63,925 bases of DNA, filler included, from Folioceros fuciformis (GCA_049999805.1; 10 parts of 10 records of this genome joined end to end with filler, not necessarily neighbours in it), one strand, 5' to 3'; counted from the first letter of the whole stretch, positions 48,961 through 62,139 are shown. Numbers and translations are program-made. Notes: a model not told the origin generated them from the letters alone.

Positions 48961-50957
48961 TACCTCAAGTATGCTGAAAGGTGGATTGGGAAGCAGCTTA
49001 AAACATTGAGATCAGATAATGGGAAAGAGTTTACCTCAAATGAATTTCAGGCTTTCTGTGTGGCTGAAGGCATTGGTCAACAACTAACAATTGTCTACAC
49101 TCCTCAATAGAATGGAGTCGCTGAGCGCCTTATCCTAACTTTGCAATAGATATATCTTCCTTGCTACATCATGCTTCGCTTCCCTTGTCATATTGGGCAG
49201 AAGCCATTATGACTTCAACATATCTCAAAAACCGGCTACCCACAACTTCTGTTGTTGGCCAAACCCCTTATGAGGCCTTCACAAGTCGCAAACCATTAGT
49301 TCAACACTTGCAAACTTTTGGTTGCGTGGCTTATGCCTTCATGCATAAGGAGAAGAGGAAAAAGCTGTCAGATAAGGCTAAAAAGGTTCTCATGTTAGGC
49401 TACATAGAAGGAATCAAAGCCTACAAGCTTTATGATGTCCGTCAGAACAAGATTGTGTTTGCGAGAAGTGTTACTTTTGATGAAAGTTGCACCTAGGCAT
49501 CAGTGGAATCTGTTGAGGATCCTGTCCTCAACGATAATGAAGACTTAACAGGTTTTGTTGCTTCACATTTTGATCAAACAAATCACGGAACTCAGCCTGT
49601 TCAACCTGAGAACATTGTTCCTGCAGGTGGGAAAGACATAGCAGATTTTGATTTTGTAGACACGAACGAGGCAACCCGAAACCATACCTATGCTTGAAGA
49701 TCCAAATCATCCAGTCTTACATGAACAACATCCTCCTATTGCTGCAGAAGAACAGAATGCTCAAGCAATACTGGAATTGGATGATGATCCTAGTTCCACC
49801 CAGCTTGTACAGGAACCTCAGCCTACAGAACCATCTAGACAATATCCATCATGTCAGAGGCAACCTCCATATTATTACCATGCACCCGAATTTAGAGTCA
49901 CTTCCTCACATGTGGAAGTTAATGCTACAATGTCCCTGGATCCTGTCGAACCACAATCCTATCGAGAGGCGTTGAGTAGACCTGACCACATCGAGTGGGA
50001 GAAAGCTATTCAGTCAGAATATGACTCTTTAATCAAAAACGGCACATGGGAGCTTGCAAAATTGCCACCAGGCAGAAAGTTGGTTTCTTGCAAATGGGTC
50101 TTCAAGTTGAAAGTAAAGGCAGATGGTACCTTTGACAGGTACAAGGCTCGCTTGGTCGCAAGGGGGTTCTCTCAAGTCTGTGGACTGGACTATCTTGAAA
50201 CTTTCGCTCCAGTAGTCAAGCTTGCCACCCTTACAACAATCCTTGCCATATCCACACACTATGATTATGAGCTGCAAACGTATGATATCAAAACAACATT
50301 TCTACATGGGAAATTGGACACAGAGATATACATGCAGCAGCCTCCAGGATATGAGGTAAAAGGAAAAGAGAATCATGCTTGCCGGCTAATTAAATGCTTG
50401 TATGGCTTGAAGTAGTCAGCTATGAAATGGAACGCAGCTTTAGATACAGAGCTACTGGAGTTAGGCTTCACCAAGAGCAAGGTGGATAGCAGTATGTATG
50501 TCTACTTAAAGGGAGACGTGATATGCTACCTTGCAATTTATGTGGACAACCTAATACTCTCCAGCAATAGCCAAGTCTTTATAACAAGTATCACAAATAT
50601 GCTAGCCACAAAATTCAAGATGCCTAGCCTAGGCCCCTTATAGAGCTACCTAGGTATTCATATTCAAAGAAATAGACAGACTCATGTAATGACACAATCT
50701 CAGCCACGTTACCTTATGGATAGTGCTGAGCAGTTAGGCCTTAAGGATGCGAAGCCTGCTTCTACCCCTTTGCCCACAGGACTTAAGCTTAGTTGGAGTA
50801 TGTCTCTTTCTACACGGGTAGAAAAGGATCAAATGTCAAAGATACCTTACACAAAGGAAGTAGGTAAGCTGATATATGCATCGAATACAACAAGGCTTGA
50901 GGTAGCCTATGCAACGAGTGTTTTATCACAGTTCTTGGAAAATCCAGGTCCAGAACT

Positions 50958-51426
50958 GTGAACCTCCAAAGTTTGGGGTAGTAGTTTGTTTTGGTTGAAA
51001 AAGGGTTAATAGTGGTATGGTTTGGTTTTCTTTTTCAACTTATTTTTCCTAATTTTCCTTGATTTTCTGGTTATTTTTCCTATTTTTCTTTGTGCTAACT
51101 GGGTTAATTGACCAGGAAATAGTGGGTTTGGTTATAAGAGTGGGTATAGGTTTGGTCCCAGACCTGAGAAGGTTTAGGTACGGTACCAGGCCATAGGGTT
51201 GGGTGATTAGTTTAATATTAATTAAAGATATATAATATTAAATGATTAAATAATATAATAATATTAAAATAATATAATAATATAATAATGGTTTGAACAT
51301 AGGAACGGGTATCTGGGTATGTCAGTGTCAGGGGTCAGGGTCTGACGATAGGCTAGCTGATTGCTTGGCTGACATGAACGGCTGTGGAGGCCATGCGCTA
51401 GCTAGAGCTAGAGGCAGGGGTTGCAG
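50958..51426. mobile_element. LTR end; near-identical copy at 60848-60985
   Basis: Both start TGTGAACCTCCAAAGTTTGGGGTAGTAGTTTG and interrupt unrelated sequence. Confidence 0.8.
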
Positions 51427-51525
51427 NNNNNNNNNNNNNNNNNNNNNNNNNNNNNNNNNNNNNNNNNNNNTTAATTAATTAANNNNNNNNNNNNNNNNNN
51501 NNNNNNNNNNNNNNNNNNNNNNNNN

Positions 51526-52879
51526 NCCCCAGCACCCTAGGGTCAGTCTTCCATGGCCGAGGAACCATTTCGGCTGGGAGCTGATCCCGCTGAATAAGCT
51601 ACCGTTTTCAGGCTAGGTTCCGGCTGCTGATCCCACTCCTTCCCACCTCTTCTCTATCTTTCCCATTGCGCATGCTCCTCCCCTAGAGGCTGGCTCAGCC
51701 ACCAAGGGTGAACAGTTGCAGGGGAAGACTAGCGGGCGACCATCCAGCAAGGAAGAGGCGGCGTCCGCAGATCTTTGAAGATCAGACATCCTCCGAAGTC
51801 TGTGGATAGTCTAAGAGGTGGTAGATCCTTGTGGTGGTAGGGCCAGAAGCTCATTGGTGGCAGGATGTGCTAGAAGTCTAAATAAGTGGCTGGTGATAGC
51901 CGGCTAGGCTAGTGGTCCTATTAAAATAATATTTCTCAAGTAAGAGAGAGGTGAAGTCAGAGAGAGAGAGAGGCTCCTACAAGATCAGGTGAGCCTGTAG
52001 GAGGAGGGAGTCATTCACTTTTGGGAGTCAGTCTATCTCTTTGTGAGCTCTTGGAGGTCCTTTCTTCATGAGCTCTTGTGGTCTATCCCTGCTTGGTTTA
52101 GGACCTGCAGTGTGTTGCCGGCTGTGCAACGTCTGGTAGGATCGCAAGCCGTGTGTTGCCGGCTGTACAGTGTCTGGTAGGATTGCAGGCAGCGTGTTGC
52201 CGGCTGTACAGTGTCTGGTAGGATCGCGGGTAGCGTGTTGCCGGTTGTGTAGTGTCTGGTAGGATCACAAGGTGTAATGACCAGGGTGAAGGGGCTTGCC
52301 CCTAGCTCTTGATTGTAAAGGGTGTGTCTTTCTCTCGACCTGTCCACTCTTGTTCCTTGCTTGGTCAAGTGCTGTAGGCCGGCCATGTCTCATGGCGTCT
52401 GGTAAGGTTGTGGGGAGAAGATACCCAAGAGGGGAGTGTGTTCCCTTCTTCCTTTTGTTTGGGGTTAGTCTAGTGACTCTTGCCGGGTAGGAGGAGTCCG
52501 TAGGGAAGTGTACAAGGTAGTGGTGTTGTTGCTGGTTGCTGGTAGTTGTTGGTGTTGGTGCTGGAGCGAGAGAGTGAGTGAAGGAAGTCTTAGATCTCAG
52601 AGGTTAGAGTCGTTGTAGTGACTGGAGTGAGTTTGTGGGCACCGAGAGAGGTGCAGCTGACCGCCGGACAGCGAGGCCTGTCCTACGCCTGATCAGAGCT
52701 GGAGGGGAGCCCTCGAATCCATCATCGAGTCGATCAAGTCCGACCCTCCATCCACAGCAGCAAGGAACCCCATCGCTCCTTCGTGGGAACGAAACCCAAT
52801 GTCTCAACGACAGTGGGATAAGTGTGGCCACTAAAGGTGGAACCCGTCGGCAATCAATGCCCGGGGTTTTTCCTCCACA
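51526..52879 (-). mobile_element. LTR-like element (TGTGGAGG subfamily) containing an about 41-bp tandem repeat (about 52105-52270); its terminus recurs at 23972-24036 and 53027-53110
   Basis: Shared GGGATAAGTGTGGCCACTAAAGGTGGAA...CCTCCACA end abutting copia coding sequence in three places. Confidence 0.7.
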
Positions 52880-53110
52880 TCTTTCCAGAACAGGAAGTTA
52901 GTACCATCTAACTTCTCGATATTGAANNNNNNNNNNNNNNNNNNNNNNNNNNNNNNNNNNNNNNNNNNNNNNNNNNNNNNNNNNNNNNNNNNNNNNNNNN
53001 NNNNNNNNNNNNNNNNNNNNNNNNNNCCAATGTCCCAACGACAGTGGGATAAGTGTGGCCACTAAAGGTGGAATCCGTCGGCAATCAGTGCCCGGGGTTT
53101 TGCCTCCACA

Positions 53111-53667
53111 CTTGGGACGTAGATGACATCTTCTAAGGTTAACTCTGTGCCATCACGCAGTGTGAAGACACAAGTGCCTCTGCCCTGAATAGGCAGGCTT
53201 GACTTACTTTGTTCATCCGCAAGAAATACCTGACCGCCTGTTTGTGTCAGGTCTAGGGTTTTGAAGAGTTCCCTTTTCTTGCATATGTGGGTGGTGGCCC
53301 CTGAATCAAGGTACCAGCAAGTGTCATCACTCCGAGTGCTGAACAAACATACTGTAAGTATCTTCACAGGGGCCTTGGAGTCTGATTTATTCTGCTTCAC
53401 TGCTACGTTTGCTGTAGCCTTTGGTTGGCGTTGGGGCTCACCTGCCTTGCGTTTACGGCATTCTCTTGCCCAGTGGCCAGGGAGGCCACACCAGTTGCAA
53501 CTGCTAGGTCGCTTGGCAGCATTGGAGGGTTCTCCCCTCTGTCCTTGGGTTGTTCCTCCTCGGAACCTTGACTTTCCTTTGCGGAAGTTGGTAACTAATG
53601 CTTTCTCCCCTCTGTTCTTTGCAGCTGAGGAGAAAGTGCGACTCTGCTCCTCCTGGAACAGCGCACC
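53111..53667 (-). mobile_element. Ty1/copia gag-protease fragment, same family as 40817-41450
   Basis: CNWCGLPGHWARECRKR and WYLDSGATTHICKK. Confidence 0.88.
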
Positions 53668-53767
53668 NNNNNNNNNNNNNNNNNNNNNNNNNNNNNNNNN
53701 NNNNNNNNNNNTTAATTAATTAANNNNNNNNNNNNNNNNNNNNNNNNNNNNNNNNNNNNNNNNNNNN

Positions 53768-55114
53768 TACCCGGGAGATCGTCCTGCTGTTTCTCCCCCA
53801 TAGGGAGCTTTGCTTCACGAGACAAATGAAACCTCAGCAGGTCCTGTAGGTTTAGACCTAAAGATCACACCTTTCCTGCCAAAATCAAACACACAAGCTG
53901 TCCCGTACAACCACGGTCTCCCAAGGAGCACCTTGTACCCCAGGTCAGACACTGGCCTCATGACAATGTAGGTTAGCTTGAACATGATCCCTCCTATCAC
54001 CGTGGGTACATCCTTCAACACTCCTAGAGGCTTCCTCTTGGTCTGATCTGCCATCCGAAGGTACACGCGGATAGGGTCAAACTCCGTGAACCCCAAACGA
54101 TGGGCTGTGTCCTCCGTCATGAGATTGACACCAGACCCCGTATCCAACGGTACATCCGGCACCAGACAACNNNNNNNNNNNNNNNNNNNNNNNNNNNNNN
54201 NNNNNNNNNNNNNNNNNNNNNNNNNNNNNNNNNNNNNNNNNNNNNNNNNNNNNNNNNNNNNNNNNNNNNNTGGGACTAACAGACAAGAGCTGTCTCAAGC
54301 TCACCACAAACTCCTGGTCAAGCAAGGCGTCAGCAAATCCAGCAACCTTCATGGCCAAAGCCTCCCTTGCTGTTGTTGTCTTAGGAGGATTGATCCCTCC
54401 ATCCTCCTCGCCTCTCAACCTTCTCTCCTTCCTGTTCCTTCTCCAAGGGACTTGCACTCTCCACCACCCCTGTCACAAGAGGGTCTGCAAACGTGACCTT
54501 CTTAGACCGGTGCATCAGCCTAGTCAGCTCTTCCTCCAGCATTGCAGCAACCTCCTTGCTGATGACGGGTGGAAATGCTGATTCTTCAACCTCTCCTTCA
54601 TCTAGTTCACCTTCCTCTCGATGAGGTGGATCAACCTCTTGTCCAGTTGACACATCATTCTTCCCTTGCTGGATGAGTGGTTCCTCCCTTGCCTCTGATG
54701 GTTTAGGAGTGTTGTCACGTTCTCTCCTCCTTCTCTTCTCTTCCTTCTTCGTCCTCTCCCGATAACGACGTTCAGAACGAGTGGTGACCCTTGCCACCAT
54801 GACTTCTTCACCATCGCTAGCTTCGCCTGAATATCCCTCCTCCACAATGCCAGAAAATGCTTGAGAGTCAATCAAAGGCTCCTCCTCAGCCTCCACCGAC
54901 AACACAGGTGCGCTTGTCACCGGAGTTGTTGTCTCCACCGCAGGAGGAAGTCCCTCTTGCGGTGCCTCCGTGATCCTCACTCCGGATCTAGGCAGCGCAG
55001 GCCTAGGGATGCCCGAACACCTTGGATCCCCAGCCCTGTGCCTTGGATCCTTACACACCTGACAAAACGGCACAAATCCAAGTTGCCTACGTGGCTCTGT
55101 GCACTCGTTAGCAT
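53768..55114 (-). mobile_element. Ty3/gypsy gag C-terminus and aspartic protease
   Basis: Knuckle-like CQVCKDPRHRAGDPRC; protease VPLDTGSGVNLM...LRMADQT...VLLGRPWL. Confidence 0.82.
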
Positions 55115-55214
55115 NNNNNNNNNNNNNNNNNNNNNNNNNNNNNNNNNNNNNNNNNNNNTTAATTAATTAANNNNNNNNNNNNNNNNNNNNNNNNNNNNNN
55201 NNNNNNNNNNNNNN

Positions 55215-56690
55215 TCAATTCCTAAGAAGTATCTGAGTTCACCAAGATCCTTCACCTTGAACTCTTTTTGCAGATTCGCCTTGACATCTGCAATACCATC
55301 TGCATCATCTCCTGTGATGATCAGGTTGTCAACTTTAACGACAAGACACACTTGTCCTATCTTGGTCTGTTTTACAAACAGATTGTGATATGCGTCTCCA
55401 ATCACAAACCCTCGCTCCTCCAAATAGCTTGTGATACGAGCATTCCATGCTCTAGGTGCCTGTTTGAGTCCATACAATGCCTTCTTCAGTTTGCAGTCGT
55501 ATGTTAGAAACTTATGATGAACATAGCCTTTAGGCTGTTCCACATACACTTCCTGCTGCAACTCACCATTCAAGAAAGCATTCTTGACATCCATTTGCCA
55601 TAATTTCCATCCTTTAGCTGCTGTTAATGCTATGACTGTCCTTACAGTTGTCATCTTGGCTATTGGACTAAAGGTTTCCTCATAATCAAGACCATACTGT
55701 TGTGCATATCCCTTTGCAACCAACCTGGCCTTGTAACGCTCCAGCGTTCCATCTGGCTTGAACTTTGGCTTGTACACCCACTTAGAACCAATAGGAACCT
55801 TGCCATCAGGCAATTGAACCAAAACCCACGTTCCGTTCTCAACTAATGCTGAATATTCTTCATCCATGGCTTGACACCACTTATCATCTGTCACTGCCTC
55901 AGCAAACTTGGTTGGCTCCTTACAAGCTGTGACCCTTGTCATATACGCATAATGTTGCGCATTGTAGCTTGTATAGGTGTACCTGTCAATGGGTTTCCTA
56001 ACCCTCTCAGATCTCCTTGGTCTTGGTTCATTTTGAACCTGCCTTGCATATTGTTGCTCCTTAGCACCTGGCATTTCCACAAACGGAATGCCAAACTCAC
56101 TGTCAATGCTCTCACTACTTGAGGATTCATATCCCTCATTTCCAGTTTTGCTGCTTTCTACTCTCCCCCTCACTGACGAATCCGGGTCAGTGGTCTTCGG
56201 TTTACCATTCCGCAATCGTCCAGACCATGGATACACCGTTGGTGATCCACCATTGGTCACATCCTCACTCTTTGCTGGAGTACTCTTAAAAATACTCTCC
56301 CCTGTGGGTTCGTCATAGGGTAGTGCAACTGAGTTGCTATAGCAGGAGGCTAACTCATCAAATACCACATCCCTGCTTATCAGGATCTCATGTGTGGATG
56401 GCACATAACACTTATATGCCTTCCTATTTCGTGCATACCCCAGAAAAACACTCTTCACTGCTTTAGGATCCAGCTTCCTACGCTTCTCATCAGGTACATG
56501 CACATATGCAATGCACCCAAACACTTTCAAGTGCCTAATATCCGGCTTATAGCCATACAGTCTCTCAATTGGTGTAGCATCATGAATTCCTGCCGTAGGA
56601 GTTTGATTCCGTATATACACTGCCTTCATCACTGCTTCTGCCCAATAATCATTAGGTAAGCACTTCTCATTCCGCATTGCCCTTGCTGAT
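55215..56690 (-). mobile_element. Ty1/copia integrase-RT fragment
   Basis: Long ORF with YWAEAV, LKVFGC, KARLVAKG and QMDVKNAFLNG. Confidence 0.93.
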
Positions 56691-56699
56691 CAGGGTTAG

Positions 56700-57996
56700 T
56701 ACCTTATTGATCATAGGGTAACCTCAAGAAATCATTCGGAGGCTGATGGTTTAGCAGAAAGAATGGTACAAACATGTAAGAGTGCTTTGAGGAAATATTG
56801 TCTAGTAATGGACAAGAGTGAGTGGGATAGGATGTTACCATTTCTTGCGATGGGTTATAGGATGAGTAGGCAAGCATCGCTGGGAAAGTTTTCACTGTAC
56901 ATGCTTTTGTTTGGGCGTAGACCACACTTATCTGGGATGTTAGAAGACAAGGTGAATGCTATAGTGGATTTGGACGATCTTAATAAGTGGTTAAAGATAG
57001 TCACGTATAGAGCGGAGTTGTTTAGAAAAATAATGCCTATGGCAATAGATAATTTGTTAATAGCTCAACATAGGGATGAGCTAAGATACAGGAAAACAAG
57101 GAGTGGACATTTCAAGCCCAAGGTGAAAAAGTTTGAAGTTGGAGATTATGTATAGTTGTAGAGGAAGACGATGACAACAATTGATACAAGTGCGAGTAGG
57201 ATAATATTAAGGGTGAGAAGTGTGAAGTTGAATGGAATTCTGGAGTTGGAGGGAAAGGATGACACAACTTGTTTGGAACCCATGAAAAATTGTGCACCCT
57301 GTCATTTACTTCACTTGAATCCGATAATTGATGTGCAAGCTTTTGTGCCAATGAAGGGGTTCGCTTGTACAGGTTGTGGAGATTCTGGAGGTGATCATTG
57401 CATGTTGTTGTGTGATAGGTGCAATGATGGGTGGCATACTTTTTGTTTAGAGCCTCCGCTAGAAGCAGTGCCAAGTGGGCAGTGGTTTTGTCCAATGTGT
57501 GTAGCAGTTGATACATTGTGAAGGGCACTATGTTCGGCGTGTATGTATGTTGATGAAAAGTTTGTTAAAATGGCCTTCCAATGAGAGATGGTTAGCAGAT
57601 TAAGGGGGGGAGAGAAGGTGTCGCAGAGAGGGAGAAGGAGTAGAGGATAGCTATTCCTTTTGTCGATCTCGTGTGTAGTAAACCACCAAAGAGTGGCAGG
57701 ATGACCAGTAGCCTTGGTGTNNNNNNNNNNGCTACTCCTTTCGTCGATCTTGTATGTAGTAAACCACCAAAGAGTGGTAGGACGACCAGTAGCCTTGGTG
57801 TGCACGACAGAGAGGAAGCACTCAAGGGGAGGCATCTAGGTGCACTGTTAACAAGAATATACGCGTATATCATATAGGGGCTGGCCACCCCATATACATA
57901 TGAATGCATGCTACATATATATAATATATATGAGTGTTCATAGACGCTTAGGGTTAAGTTCAGATGTTGGGGAGCAAGACCTCTTGAGGCACGACA
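56700..57996 (+). mobile_element. Ty3/gypsy 3' end: integrase C-half fused to a PHD finger, PPT, 3' LTR 57619-57996
   Basis: HSEADGLAERMVQTCK...WDRMLP...LLFGR...FEVGDYV continues in the same frame past two TAGs to CTGCGDSGGDHCMLLCDRCNDGWHTFCLEPPLEAVPSGQWFCPMC. PPT AAGGGGGGGAGAGAAGG; TGTCG...CGACA LTR. Confidence 0.88.
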
Positions 57997-59529
57997 CTCG
58001 CAACCAGAGCAAGAACACATTGCAAAGTGATCATTTTGACAAGTGGTGAGAAAATCTCATCATGGTCAATACCTTGTTGTTGCTTAAAACCCTTAGCAAC
58101 CAATCGTGCCTTGTACTTGGGTTTGCCATCATGGGGTATGACCTTCATCTTATACACCCATTTGCATGGCAATGCCTTCTTGCCCCTAGGCAACCCAACC
58201 AACTCCCAAGTTTGGTTGTTACGGAGCGAATCCATCTGCTACTGCATTGCCTTCTCCCACTTGTCCTTGTTAGTTACTGACATGGTCTCTTTGTAACAAA
58301 AGGGCTCCCCACAATCCGTCAGCATGACATAATCAAGAGATGCAACATACCTGTCAGGAGGACGTGAAATCCTTCCTGACCTACGAAGCACAGGCGCCTC
58401 GACCGGAGCTGGTTGCACTCTGTCCTCTTCTACAAGTGGAGGAACGGGTTCCTGCACATCATAACGTTCAACCTGCTCTTAACGGTCAAGTCCATCTTCT
58501 TGGAAGACCACCCATCGCACCTCCACAGTTGGAGTAGGTTTCTTGTGCATCTTGGTCTCATTGAAGAACACGTCATTGCTGCGAACAACCTTTTTGGCTT
58601 CTAGATGTCATAAATGGTATCCCATCTCACCAGAGTCACCATAGCCAAGAAAAATACATCTTCTAGACTTGGGTGCCAACTTGTCTCAAAACTCCTTTGG
58701 AACATGGTAGTATGCCTCGCAGCCAAACATTCGTAGATGCTTGTGAGACGGCTTCTTTCAAGACCACATCTCCTCTGGAACCTGCTCATTCACAGCCTTA
58801 TTAGGAGATCTGTTAATAAGATGCACCGCAGTAGACACTGCTTTTGCCCAAAATCCGTTAGGCAATCTAGAGTTTGATAACAAACTACGCATCCCCTCCT
58901 GGATGGTCCTGTTCATCCGTTCAGCCACACCATTTTGGGGAGGAGTATACGGGGCAGTCAATTCTCTCTTAATTCCCTTGGAATCACATAATGACTAGAA
59001 AGCCTTCGAAACATACTCTCCACCATTGTCTATCCTTATACACTTTAGTCGAAGGCCATACTGATTCTTCACAAGGGTGACAAATTTTTGAAACACTGTC
59101 AGAACATCATCCTTTTTCCTCAAAGGATAAACCCACACCTTGCGTGATAAGTCATCTATGAAAGTAACAAAATAGGATGCACCGCCTAATGATACAATGG
59201 GCATAGGTCCACAAACATCACTCTGAACCAATTCAAGAGGTTTACTTTTGTGTTTACCTCTTGCTCCATGTGGTGATCTCGTCTGTTTCCCATACAAACA
59301 ATGCCCACACACGGAGAAATTGGAGATGTCAAAAGCAGGGACGTAACCAAAACGAGATAAGATCTTCATTCCTTTTTGAGACATATGTCCTAACCCACAA
59401 TGCCACAAGGAAACATTTGGCTGTTTTGTTACACAAATCACATGATCCTTGACAGTGGTTACCTAAAGTGAGTACAAAGTGCCACACTTCAATCCATGAG
59501 CTAACACAAGCGAACCTTTGGAGATGTTC
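57997..59529 (-). mobile_element. Ty1/copia (Tork-like) integrase-RT fragment, close relative of 34481-35730
   Basis: LWHCGLGHMS, VQSDVCGP, PQNGVAERMNRTI and KARLVAKG; near-colinear with the 34.5-35.7 kb copy. Confidence 0.92.
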
Positions 59530-60847
59530 TGTGGGGGCAAACATTGCACCCGGGGGTGCTGCGAGGTCCATACAAACCCTCTTTGTCGTTATAGCACTGG
59601 GATTCGATCCCAAGGGAATGATTTGTGTCAAATAACATAGGTTTACTTACAAAGTCAGTTACTACCCAAGGTCAGTCTCTACTTACCTGACACTCATCTA
59701 CCTATCGTTCGGCTACCTCTACTCCTGTCGCTGCTCGGCTACCTCTGTCGCCCCTCAACTACCTGGACCTTGGACTACCTGACAGACCTACTCAGCTACC
59801 GGGGGAAGTCCCTTCAACCACCGTCTCCCGGCTACCATAATGACTCTTCGACTACCTCGGCTCCCAACTACCTCCGTTGTCTTTCTACGACGGTCGCGGT
59901 TTTGGCTACCTCAGTGGGACCCAATTTTCTCTTTCTTCTCTCGCTCTCCCCTCTCTCCTCTCTCTCCCCCCCTTTCTCTCTCTAACTCTAGGTAACTTAC
60001 CTCTTCCGATTTCTTCCCGCTTTTAATCGTCGCCTTGGAGTCTTTCATCTCCGCGCACTCACAGTTCCTCAGTCACACACACACACATACACACAGGATC
60101 TCTCTCTCTCACAACCACGCTGTGTCTCACCAGTTGATCTTCCACCAAGTTCTGACTCACTGTCCGACTGCGTTCGGGCCGCTCACTCCCTCACTCCTCT
60201 TGCGCACGCCATTCACACTCAGCGGCCCCTAGTCCATTGATGCTACGGCACTCTCACACAACACGCCACCCAGTCCTCAGTCTCACCTTCGTACCTCACC
60301 TCCAGGCAGCCTCTCATGAAGACCCTACCACAGCCCCAACCCGCAACTCTTCATACACCGAAATCACAACACTCTCAGCGCTTCAGACTACTCCCCACAG
60401 TGCCCCCAACTCACTCGTCTCAGTAAACGAATCAGGTTGGACCCAACCACGAGCCGCTCACGTTTCACCTCCGCCCATCATCAAAGAGGCGCAAAAATCT
60501 ACCGTCGTCTCCCGTCACACTTCCACAACACCTATCCACTTCAGCCCCTTTTGCCAGATCTTCCAATACTCTAGACACCTCTTACCAGTCGCGCACACTC
60601 TCTCGGTGCGACACCTTCACCACTCAGATTACGACCCCTCCACTTATCCACTACTTGCACACAGCCAAACCGACTCCTCAATCACGACTTCGCCATCGTC
60701 CGCATCCACGACGTCGTTCCCACACACACACCCCTCACGACAGTGACCGCTCAGGACCGCCTTCCCACTTCACAAACACACCATCTTCGACTCTCTCATT
60801 CTCACATTCACAACACACAGATACTTCATCCTTCGCCGTTTCCCCAC
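59530..60847 (+). mobile_element. LTR-like element start (TGTGG-terminus family) followed by C-rich sequence
   Basis: TGTGGGGGCAAA...TGTCGTT...TTCGATCCCAAGGGAATGATTTGTG is shared with 18685-18785 (reverse). Confidence 0.6.
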
Positions 60848-61084
60848 TGTGAACCTCCAAAGTTTGGGGTAGTAGTTTGTTTTGGTTGAAAAAGGGTTAA
60901 TAGTGGTATGGTTTGGTTTTCTTTTTCAACTTATTTTCCCTAATTTTCCTTGATTTTCTGGTCATTTTTCCTATTTTTCTTTGTGNNNNNNNNNNNNNNN
61001 NNNNNNNNNNNNNNNNNNNNNNNNNNNNNTTAATTAATTAANNNNNNNNNNNNNNNNNNNNNNNNNNNNNNNNNNNNNNNNNNN

Positions 61085-61237
61085 NGGGGAAGAGGGCGAG
61101 GTTACGGGGTGTAGAGGTGGAGGAAGGGGAAGAGGGCGAGGTTACGGGGTGTAGAGGGAGAGGAAGGGGAAGAGGGCGAGGTTACGGGGTGTAGAGGGAG
61201 AGGAAGGGGAAGAGGGCGAGGTTACGGGGTGTAGAGG
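61085..61237. repeat. 40-bp G-rich tandem repeat, about 4 copies
   Basis: AGAGGGCGAGGTTACGGGGTGTAGAGG recurs at 61091, 61131, 61171 and 61211. Confidence 0.9.
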
Positions 61238-61619
61238 TTTTGCTGGCCAAAAATTCTCGAAATGCTTGCAACTCCTGGCACCTTCTGCTCTCGTGGTGCG
61301 GATGCATCTAGATACCAGAGTTGCGTACATGGAGGGACATGCCCACGGATATCAGAGGATCAAAACGTCTGTGAACTTCTGACTCGTCCTAGCGCTGTAG
61401 GTTGAACACAGATGACGGTGTGGTTACAAGGGGAATTCCGATATCACACGGTCGGATACGTTGGATGCAGGATCGATTCAACCCATGCAGTGGATGCAGC
61501 ATCGATCAAAACTTGAGTCATTTCGTCGCCTACGCATTACATCTTTGTCCGGAGTAGGATGGTGTCACGAGACGCTCCTTCATTGAAAGGAGAAATCGTC
61601 TTAGTCCGAACCAATCACA

Positions 61620-61758
61620 GGGACCGGACCAACCAAACACAGGGACGGGACCAACCAAACACAGGGACGGGACCAACCAAACACAGGGACGGGACCAACC
61701 AAACACAGGGACGGGACCAACCAAACACAGGCACGGGACCAACCAAAAACAGGGACGG
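61620..61758. repeat. 22-bp tandem repeat, about 6 copies
   Basis: Unit GGGACCAACCAAACACAGGGAC. Confidence 0.9.
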
Positions 61759-62139
61759 ATTGGAAAAGCCAAAAAAAGCGACGGAAGTAGGCGCTTGACA
61801 AATAGCACGAGGACTTCCCGGTTGCGGAGCGCAAGAGAGACAGGGCAAGGTACCTGGCAAGCTTCCTTGCGTNNNNNNNNNNNNNNNNNNNNNNNNNNNN
61901 NNNNNNNNNNNNNNNNNNNNNNNNNNNNNNNNNNNNNNNNNNNNNNNNNNNNNNNNNNNNNNNNNNNNNNNNGAGCGCAAGAGAGACAGGGCAAGGTACC
62001 TGGCAAGCTTCCTTGCGTGCGCACCACGCTGGCGTTTCCAACAAGTAGAGCTGGCAGAGGCTTTCTTGCCACCGAAATTGCTTTGTCAAGGTTGCCCGAC
62101 TCGATCCCTCCTCGAGAGTGGGAGTCGAGGGCGTTGTGA

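Larger units (their letters stand above)
45706..50957 (+). mobile_element. Ty1/copia, near full length from LTR remnant to RT, with a pre-gag extra ORF and a nested solo LTR
   Basis: PBS-like GGTATCAGAGAGC at about 45887; gag from 46764 (GEGFREKDRFGGYDYDIW); protease WYLDTRATAH; integrase HTDLCG and LRSDNGKEF; RT KARLVARG and YVDN. Confidence 0.92.

Noticed and set aside
59597-59616. tRNA T-arm/B-box-like TGGGATTCGATCCCA
   Set aside because: No cloverleaf or A-box; it is part of the LTR terminal module and not kept as such in sister copies.
6439-61041. Recurrent TTAATTAATTAA 12-mer (nine copies)
   Set aside because: Always centred in N runs; an artificial six-frame-stop linker. Adjacency across these points is not evidence of biological linkage.
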